Shown here: positions 8,149 to 13,415 of the stretch, piece after piece | Numbering within the stretch: the stretch's first letter is position 1 | Layout: every line of letters begins with the position of its first letter | Sequence record: MZ326861.1 | DNA length: 24,000 nucleotides | From: Stenotrophomonas phage Philippe | Reading direction: 5' to 3' (one strand) | Notes under the pieces: generated by a model | Database searches by the model: none | What the model was told of the DNA's origin: nothing | What the model saw: only the letters and a program-made list of their open reading frames with translations | Made by a program: the position numbers and the translations under genes

Positions 8149-8649
8149 ATGATCATCAACGGTGCTGATCTGCTGCACTTCCAGCCGATCAAGAACATGT
8201 TGCACGCCAAGGACAACAATGGTGATACCAGTTACGGCCTGTCCGAAGCTGGTTACGACATTCGCATCAAACAGAAGATTCGCTTCTACCGATGCAATGT
8301 CACTGGCATTCCAAAGGTGGAAGTGGATGACACTTGGCACCCTCAGACTGGTACATTCACTCTGGCTTCGGCCATTGAAGAATTCCAGATGCCCAACAAC
8401 CTCGTTGGCTACGTCAAAGACAAGTCCACATGGGCACGTCGTGCATTGTCCGTGTTCAACACGGTCATCGAACCGGGTTGGCATGGCTTCCTGACGCTGG
8501 AGCTGGTCTATCACGGCTGGGATGAGCTGGTTATCCCTGCTGGTTCAGGTATCGCACAAGTCGTCTTCCATGAGACGTCCTGCCGAGCCAAGTACAATGG
8601 CAAGTACCAAAACCAACCGGATGAGCCAGTTGAAGCCCGTAAGTCCTAA
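8149..8649 (+). CDS. dcd: dCTP deaminase-like protein
   Basis: 'YGLSEAGYDIRIKQKI', 'GYVKDKSTWARRALSVFNTVIEPGWHGFLTLELVYHG', 'IPAGSGIAQVVF' match the dCTP deaminase/dUTPase fold pattern. Confidence 0.9.
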   Translation: MIINGADLLHFQPIKNMLHAKDNNGDTSYGLSEAGYDIRIKQKIRFYRCNVTGIPKVEVDDTWHPQTGTFTLASAIEEFQMPNNLVGYVKDKSTWARRALSVFNTVIEPGWHGFLTLELVYHGWDELVIPAGSGIAQVVFHETSCRAKYNGKYQNQPDEPVEARKS

Positions 8650-8665
8650 GTCCAACCGTAGCCCC

Positions 8666-8806
8666 ATGGCACGGAAGGTTCCCAAGAATCACCCATGGCG
8701 TCACACCATGGTCGTCCCGAAAGATCCAACGAAGCAATTCCTACCGCTTCCGAAGGACGGCCATGATTTCTTAGGTGGCACCACCAAGAAGAATCGATTC
8801 CAATGA
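8666..8806 (+). CDS. Possible small ORF (46 aa)
   Basis: ATG at 8666 'MARKVPKNHPWRHTMVVPKDPTKQFLPLPKDGHDFLGGTTKKNRFQ'. Fills the gap and overlaps the next start, but has no clear RBS. Confidence 0.4.
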   Translation: MARKVPKNHPWRHTMVVPKDPTKQFLPLPKDGHDFLGGTTKKNRFQ

Positions 8807-9039
8807 TTCAGGAACGCTGCGAAGTCTGTGGCAAAGAACACCTAGACTTTTTGTTTGATAGCGACAACGAGTTTGTCTGTCTGACTTGCAGCACCAATGA
8901 ACCAAACGTGATCATGACAGACGAAGGATGGCGTAGATCTGCACGTTGTAGCTGTGGAGCAATAGGTCCAGTGAACTTTGGACCTAACGACACAGATACA
9001 ACATTCAGGTGTGGTGGTACGCCATTTTGCTGCCCATGA
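8803..9039 (+). CDS. Small putative zinc-ribbon protein
   Basis: 'CEVCG...CLTC...CSCG...CGGTPFCC' cysteine pairs; 78 aa. Confidence 0.65.
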   Translation: MIQERCEVCGKEHLDFLFDSDNEFVCLTCSTNEPNVIMTDEGWRRSARCSCGAIGPVNFGPNDTDTTFRCGGTPFCCP

Positions 9040-9084
9040 AATCTTTTTGTGGGTTCTACCTCCAAATACAACCAAGGATTCAAG

Positions 9085-9675
9085 ATGGCACCCCGTAAGA
9101 AGACTGCCACCAAGAAGGTGGCCAAGAAGACTGCTGCGAAGAAGGCACCGGTCAAGAAGCGTTCCTACACCCGCAAGGTGAAGGTCGATCAGACCCCTCC
9201 GGAAGCCGCCGAGAACGTCAACGTGGCCAACGGAGAAGCTGGCCTGACCGGTGGCCCCAACCCGGTGTTCGAGGCTCTGCGTGAACGCTACGAGCGTGAT
9301 CAGCAGAACCTGACCCACTTCAACATGGCCGACTTCATCATCTTCGGTGAAGCACCGAGTGCAGTGCGTCTGCAGTTCGTGCTGTGGCTGGATGCTGCTG
9401 GCTACAAGCTGATCAACATGGGCCGTCCGGCATCGCTGCTGGAGAAGGCATGGCTGACCAACTTCCTCAATGAGGTGATCGTCGGCGTGCATGTCGATCA
9501 GGACCACAAGCTGATCGAGCTGGTCGCTGAGGCCAATCAGGAACTGCTGGACAGCCATGCTGTCGTCACGCTGGAAGCTCTGACGTTCCAGCTGGCTCCT
9601 GAGTTCGGCCATCCGACCTCCCACGTGAAGAGCGTGATCTCGCAGAACGGTGCTGTCTACCAACGCATCGGTTGA
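9085..9675 (+). CDS. Protein with histone-H1-like Lys/Ala-rich N-terminal tail and an unknown globular domain
   Basis: ATG at 9085 preceded by AAGGA. 'MAPRKKTATKKVAKKTAAKKAPVKKRSYTRKVKVD' followed by a ~160 aa non-basic domain. Confidence 0.8.
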   Translation: MAPRKKTATKKVAKKTAAKKAPVKKRSYTRKVKVDQTPPEAAENVNVANGEAGLTGGPNPVFEALRERYERDQQNLTHFNMADFIIFGEAPSAVRLQFVLWLDAAGYKLINMGRPASLLEKAWLTNFLNEVIVGVHVDQDHKLIELVAEANQELLDSHAVVTLEALTFQLAPEFGHPTSHVKSVISQNGAVYQRIG

Positions 9676-9715
9676 GATCTTTTTGTGGGGTTCTCCCACT
9701 GAGATCCGCTGCAAT

Positions 9716-9740
9716 AACGGCCTGTGCAATGCAGGCCGTT
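9716..9740 (+). terminator. Hairpin immediately upstream of the ribozyme (weak terminator or stabilising stem)
   Basis: AACGGCCTG-TGCAATG-CAGGCCGTT, 9 bp perfect stem, followed by TCTC rather than a U-tract. Confidence 0.55.
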
Positions 9741-9800
9741 TCTCACTGATGAGTCTGTTGACGACAGACGAAACGCGGGATTCATCACCCGTGTATGAGA
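9741..9800 (+). ncRNA. Type I hammerhead ribozyme
   Basis: Stem I TCTCA/TGAGA (9741-9745 / 9796-9800). Core CTGATGA (9746-9752). Stem II GTCTGT-TGACG-ACAGAC (9753-9769). GAAA (9770-9773). Stem III CGCGGG-ATTCATCA-CCCGTG (9774-9793) with A9773-T9794. Predicted cleavage after A9795 (GUA site). All core residues match the hammerhead consensus. Confidence 0.93.
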
Positions 9801-9990
9801 CGCATAGCAAACAGGACGTCACCCCTAGTAGCTATGTGGTCCGTATGTCCACAACGATACTGTGGATATGGCAGAGAACTGCACACCCGTTCGTAATAGG
9901 AAGTGACATTCTCAAAAGCGAACCACGGGGACGAAGGTAATCCCGGACCACTTGCGTGCATCACGTCTAATCTTGCACTGCTGTACCCCA

Positions 9991-10062
9991 GATGGGTCGT
10001 CTAATTGGTAGGACACTCGGCTGCAAAGCTGAGAAATGTGGGTTCGATACCCAGCCCCATCA
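9991..10062 (+). tRNA. tRNA-Cys-like (GCA), with an atypical anticodon loop
   Basis: Acceptor GATGGG...CCCATC, D-arm GTCTAATTGGTAGGAC, anticodon arm CTCGG-CTGCAAAG-CTGAG, T-arm GGGTTCGATACCC. Mismatches at the bases of the acceptor and T stems; CCA not encoded. Confidence 0.6.
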
Positions 10063-10076
10063 CTCACTGATTCACC

Positions 10077-10177
10077 CCGAGGCCATCTGAAGGCCACCTT
10101 GGCACACAGACCCGCCCCTGTGTATGTCTAGACGCTCACACGTTAGGCGTGCTAAGGTGGCCCCCAGATGACCTCGG
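10077..10177 (+). ncRNA. Structured RNA domain between tRNAs (unassigned)
   Basis: CCGAGG/CCTCGG (10077-10082 / 10172-10177), CATCTG/CAGATG (10084-10089 / 10165-10170) and GGCCACCTT/AAGGTGGCC (10092-10100 / 10154-10162) form a 21-bp interrupted closing stem. Internal hairpin ACACAG-ACCCGCCC-CTGTGT (10104-10123). Confidence 0.7.
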
Positions 10178-10240
10178 CACTGGTTCATCGAACTAGGGGC
10201 AACCCCACAAATGCGTGGGACCACTGCCCCTTCTACCTTT

Positions 10241-10316
10241 CGCGGGGTAGTTCAGCTGGCAGAACAGAGGACTCATAATCCTCAGGTCGTGGGTTCGACT
10301 CCCACCCCCGCAACCA
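10241..10316 (+). tRNA. tRNA-Met (CAT), initiator-like
   Basis: CGCGGGG TA GTTCAGCTGGCAGAAC A GAGGA CTCATAA TCCTC AGGTC GTGGG TTCGACT CCCAC CCCCGCA A CCA; 76 nt with encoded CCA and the C1:A72 non-pair typical of bacterial initiator tRNA. Confidence 0.93.
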
Positions 10317-10321
10317 AGTTT

Positions 10322-10486
10322 CACCCGTCCATCGTGTCGAAAGACTCTAAGGGCGTCGAACTGCAAGAGGTTGGTCCCCGCATCCCATCGGGATGGACAC
10401 GATACGGGGGACTGTCTAGGTAAACCGGCTCGACCGGGGTGCTGATCATGACAAGGTGACTCTGGCCGCAGTACGATGGATGGGTG
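10322..10486 (+). ncRNA. Structured RNA domain between tRNAs (unassigned)
   Basis: CACCCGTCCATCGT (10322-10335) pairs with ACGATGGATGGGTG (10473-10486), 14 bp with one G-U. Internal hairpins GTC-GAAA-GAC (10336-10345) and CATCCC-ATC-GGGATG. Confidence 0.65.
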
Positions 10487-10499
10487 ATCTAGTTTCACT

Positions 10500-10576
10500 G
10501 GGTTGGAAGCATAAGTGGTATATGCACTCGCCTGTTAAGCGAGGGATAGTAGGTTCAAGCCCTACACAACCCGCCA
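10500..10576 (+). tRNA. tRNA-Asn (GTT)
   Basis: Anticodon arm CTCGC-CTGTTAA-GCGAG, T-arm GTAGG-TTCAAGC-CCTAC, discriminator G and encoded CCA. Confidence 0.93.
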
Positions 10577-10583
10577 TACATCA

Positions 10584-10657
10584 GGGTCGTTAGCGTAAGC
10601 AACGCAGCCAGACTCCAAATCTGGAAGTTGTAGGTTCAAGTCCTACATGGCCCGCCA
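10584..10657 (+). tRNA. tRNA-Trp (CCA), compact D-arm
   Basis: Anticodon arm CCAGA-CTCCAAA-TCTGG, T-arm GTAGG-TTCAAGT-CCTAC, acceptor GGGTCGT/ATGGCCC, encoded CCA. Confidence 0.9.
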
Positions 10658-10662
10658 ACTTC

Positions 10663-10739
10663 ATGGGTATAGCTCAGTTTGGTAGAGCGCTTGCTTTGGG
10701 AGCAAGAGGTCGAGGGTTCGAGTCCCCCTGCCCGTACCA
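10663..10739 (+). tRNA. tRNA-Pro (TGG)
   Basis: Acceptor ATGGGTA/TGCCCGT, D-arm GCTCAGTTTGGTAGAGC, anticodon arm CTTGC-TTTGGGA-GCAAG, T-loop TTCGAGT, encoded CCA. Confidence 0.93.
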
Positions 10740-10842
10740 CCTTCACGCAATAGCGTTGAAGTACCTGCATGGAACCAAGGGTACAGAGAGTGCTGCCAGT
10801 CTCTCGCTGTAACGTTCTATGTAATGATTCGACTGGCATTAC

Positions 10843-10918
10843 AGGGGGATCGTACAGCGGTCCAGTACCCCGGCCTTTGACGCCGGTAACCTAGGTTCAA
10901 ATCCTAGTCCCCCTGCCA
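10843..10918 (+). tRNA. tRNA-Gln (TTG)
   Basis: Acceptor AGGGGGA/TCCCCCT, anticodon arm CCGGC-CTTTGAC-GCCGG, T-arm CTAGG-TTCAAAT-CCTAG, encoded CCA. Confidence 0.93.
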
Positions 10919-10920
10919 CA

Positions 10921-11119
10921 GTGATATTTGCTACGCAGAATGCCGAATGGTAGTCGGCCCCTGTAGATGATGGGCAGCAGACATGCACAGGGACAGCCTC
11001 CGTGGGATGCCACGGCGAGTTGACACAAGAGCAAGGCGTCGTAGTGAGAGCCTTGGGCGCCCCATCTGATTTGATCAGTATGCTGGACATTTACCCCCAG
11101 CCTGCGTAGCAAATGTCAC
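10921..11119 (+). ncRNA. Structured RNA domain (~199 nt) following tRNA-Gln (unassigned)
   Basis: GTGATATTTGCTACGCAG (10921-10938) pairs with CTGCGTAGCAAATGTCAC (11102-11119), 18 bp with one wobble. Internal hairpins include GCCGA/TCGGC, CCGTGG-GATG-CCACGG, CAAGGC/GCCTTG, CTGAT-TTG-ATCAG and GCTGG/CCAGC. Confidence 0.8.
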
Positions 11120-11764
11120 TTCACTCATCGACTTCATCGGTGAGTACCTTACGGAATACATGCCCGTCATGGCGACGGGACACACGATACGAAAACATCG
11201 GATGGGTGTGCACGCCCTATGAGAGAACGTATATGCCGATACAGCACAAAGTGGGAACTCTGTGTAATAAGGCAATGCAGACAAATCCAACTGCATCGGA
11301 ACCGATAAGGCACTCTCCGATGGGGTCGAATCCCCAACGTTGCAGGTAGGTACGTTAAACCTGACAGATGTGACCTATGGGGGCCGCATCTGAAGCTGCA
11401 CAGCATCAGTCTTCCCCTGATGTGTGGACACGACAAACGTGGTTGGGAAGCCATTTGTTCCTAGTCGTGCATTTTCACAGTGCAGCTTCAGATGTTGCTC
11501 CAACAGCTGGAGCCAGACGGTAGATCGTAAGATCCGAATGTAAGGCACAGATGGCTGAGGGCGTTGCCTATATCTCGCAGGAGAAGTAGGGGTGCAACAA
11601 CGACCCTACCTGAGCAACATCGTCTACAGACCCAGCCTGCTCGGCTAAAGAGCAATCGGAACCAGTGGTATCTAGTCCCTTTCGCAAGGTCCACTCGATT
11701 CAACAAGCCACAGGTTCCGACCTATTCAACAGAAGGCAGAGCCATGTGCTCTGCCTTCTTTTTA
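11120..11764 (+). ncRNA. Large structured non-coding RNA candidate ending in an intrinsic terminator
   Basis: ~640 nt with no credible ORF and many hairpins. Includes a domain closed by the 15-bp perfect stem CATCTGAAGCTGCAC/GTGCAGCTTCAGATG (11387-11401 / 11480-11494) with a possible pseudoknot CTTCCC/GGGAAG (11411-11416 / 11445-11450). Confidence 0.65.
11731..11764 (+). terminator. Strong intrinsic terminator of the tRNA/ncRNA transcript
   Basis: AGAAGGCAGAG-CCATGTG-CTCTGCCTTCT followed by TTTTT; 11 bp perfect stem. Confidence 0.95.
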
Positions 11765-11776
11765 TTCTCAACTCCT

Positions 11777-12097
11777 ATGACCAATACCATCACAATCCCA
11801 ACCGTGTCTCCGCATCCCCGAGTGTACGAAGTGCACAGCTTCTCCAAAGGAAGCGAAGCTATCGTGCTGACAGAACGTGACGGTGATCGACAGGAATACG
11901 TCTGGCTGCCTGCCTATGGAAACAAGGCTGCCCAGTTCGAGTCATGGAAGACTGCACTGTCTGTCGCCAACGCATGTGCAAATCTGCGTGGCCTATATCG
12001 TCCAAGTGGTGCATTCAACATCCTCGAAGCCAAGTCCCCACAGACCGTGGCTTACGAAGAGATGATCGAAAGCATCCGCAAGTACGAGGTGAAGTAA
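11777..12097 (+). CDS. Hypothetical protein
   Basis: ATG at 11777 just after the terminator, 106 aa. The ORF-track start (11564) lies in the structured RNA region and is not credible. Confidence 0.7.
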   Translation: MTNTITIPTVSPHPRVYEVHSFSKGSEAIVLTERDGDRQEYVWLPAYGNKAAQFESWKTALSVANACANLRGLYRPSGAFNILEAKSPQTVAYEEMIESIRKYEVK

Positions 12098-12531
12098 TGC
12101 ACCATCTGACCAAGGGCAAGCTGCTCATGTCCCTGATCACCCCCGATCTGATCGAAGAGTGGAACACTGCTGTGCGTGCACGGCACCTGTACGTGATCCT
12201 TGATTACACCAATCACATCCCCACCCTGTGGATCGGTGCTGAAGGTGTGGATCCAGAGGTCTGGATGACCCTGAACACTCGGACCCACATCCACAAGTAC
12301 CATGCCGTGAAGCATGAGACCCTGCGTCTGGGTGTGATGGATCTGGTCGAGCGATTCGCAAAGCACGAAGCTCGCCTGTTCATTAAGCACAGCAAGAACA
12401 AGCAGAAGCAACAATTCGCCAGTCTGGGCATCACTGCACAGGCTTCCGGTGCCATCACCACTGTGCTGGTGACCATCAAGAAGGGAACCAAGAAAGACTA
12501 TGTGCACTTCGCCCTCAACGACCGATGGTGA
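12097..12531 (+). CDS. Hypothetical protein
   Basis: ATG at 12097 in a TAATG overlap; 144 aa. Confidence 0.7.
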   Translation: MHHLTKGKLLMSLITPDLIEEWNTAVRARHLYVILDYTNHIPTLWIGAEGVDPEVWMTLNTRTHIHKYHAVKHETLRLGVMDLVERFAKHEARLFIKHSKNKQKQQFASLGITAQASGAITTVLVTIKKGTKKDYVHFALNDRW

Positions 12532-12544
12532 GCATCCGGTCACT

Positions 12545-12721
12545 GTGAACAGCCTCTGGCGACACTACAGTGGCCGATGCTACCGAGTGCTGCTGCTCAC
12601 CAACGAGCACAGTGAGAATCCCAAGTATGAAATCCAAGTGGTTCACAAAGGAACCAATGGGCGTATCTGGTCCCGTCCACTGAGCGACTGGCATCGCTCC
12701 ATGACCTTCATTGAGGAATGA
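12545..12721 (+). CDS. DUF1653-like small protein (start uncertain)
   Basis: 'SLWRHYSGRCYRVLLLTNEHSENPKYEIQVVHKGTNGRIWSRPLSDWHRSM' resembles the 'YRHYKGxxYRV...VWVRPLExF' pattern. Candidate GTG start at 12545. Confidence 0.55.
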   Translation: MNSLWRHYSGRCYRVLLLTNEHSENPKYEIQVVHKGTNGRIWSRPLSDWHRSMTFIEE

Positions 12722-12722
12722 C

Positions 12723-12905
12723 ATGAGTACCAAAGGCCAATTCCATTGTGCAATCTGCGATGGAACCAATCTGGTAAGCGATGCTCCATGTAAGTGGAGT
12801 GTCGAGAAGCAGGACTGGATCAAGGTTGGCGAAGTCAATGAAGATACGTTCTGTGAGGATTGCGAGCAGGACGTAAAGGTGAACTTCCGTGAAGTTCAAC
12901 GCTAA
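12723..12905 (+). CDS. Small protein with CxxC...CxxC putative zinc finger
   Basis: 'MSTKGQFHCAICDGTNL...FCEDCEQDVKVNF'; ATG at 12723. Confidence 0.65.
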   Translation: MSTKGQFHCAICDGTNLVSDAPCKWSVEKQDWIKVGEVNEDTFCEDCEQDVKVNFREVQR

Positions 12906-13161
12906 CCCCGGTTTGTATAGCAAGCCTCGACCACGGGACATACGGAAGCTCAATCCGGATAAAGGAAGACCACACGTGAAAGTACCCGATGCAGTGGTCA
13001 AAGAGATCATCCGTGCTCACCTCGTGGAAGGTACATCGTGTGCCAAGCTTGCAAGGGCATACTGCTTAGTCCCCAGAAGTGTTCATCAATGGGTACGTGG
13101 TGACAACCGTGGCCACCTGTTGATGGAAGTCGAAAAGGAACTACAGGAGAAAGGAAAATGA
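12889..13161 (+). CDS. Small helix-turn-helix protein
   Basis: 'VPDAVVKEIIRAHLVEGTSCAKLARAYCLVPRSVHQWVRGDNRG' is an HTH-like pattern. Confidence 0.65.
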   Translation: MKFNANPGLYSKPRPRDIRKLNPDKGRPHVKVPDAVVKEIIRAHLVEGTSCAKLARAYCLVPRSVHQWVRGDNRGHLLMEVEKELQEKGK

Positions 13162-13415
13162 GCAAAGAATTCCCAGCAATACCCCAGAAGTGGATCCGTA
13201 ACAACGGTGTCCACCAAGACAGTCTGGAGATCACCGATGAAGGTGGTCGTACCATCTGCACCGTCAGTGAGGGTCATGCCAATGCTGCACTCAATGCAGA
13301 CACCATTGCAGCCACTCCGCTGATGTTCAATGCGATGGCTGACGCTCTCGAATTCGGCACGTTCGATGCAAACGTGTTCCGGAACATTCTCAACCGTGCA
13401 TCTGGAAAGGCGTAA
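13158..13415 (+). CDS. Hypothetical protein
   Basis: 85 aa ORF with ATGA-type overlaps. Confidence 0.65.
   Translation: MSKEFPAIPQKWIRNNGVHQDSLEITDEGGRTICTVSEGHANAALNADTIAATPLMFNAMADALEFGTFDANVFRNILNRASGKA

Noticed and set aside
9716-9740. Classical strong intrinsic terminator before the tRNA cluster
   Set aside because: The stem is good but is followed by TCTCACTGATGA, the 5' arm of the hammerhead, not a U-tract; retained only as a weak terminator or stabilising hairpin.
10322-10486. Group I intron inside a tRNA
   Set aside because: The flanking tRNAs are complete on their own, and conserved P/Q/R/S core elements are not visible.
10193-11454. Short ORFs on both strands in the tRNA/ncRNA region (e.g. 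10193..10498 -, 10211..10423 +, 10839..11090 -, 11167..11454 -)
   Set aside because: They run through tRNA genes and stable RNA stems; their peptides are translations of tRNA arms (e.g. 'GGSRTHDLRIMSPLFCQLNYPA', 'GGLGFEPRLPA').
11120-11764. tmRNA
   Set aside because: The only T-arm-like sequence (11322-11337) has a 6-nt loop, there is no matching tRNA-like acceptor pair at both ends, and no recognisable tag ORF.
9741-11764. Second hammerhead enabling circularisation of the tRNA/ncRNA segment
   Set aside because: No second CTGANGA...GAAA core was found on either strand of this tract; circular RNA formation is therefore unsupported.
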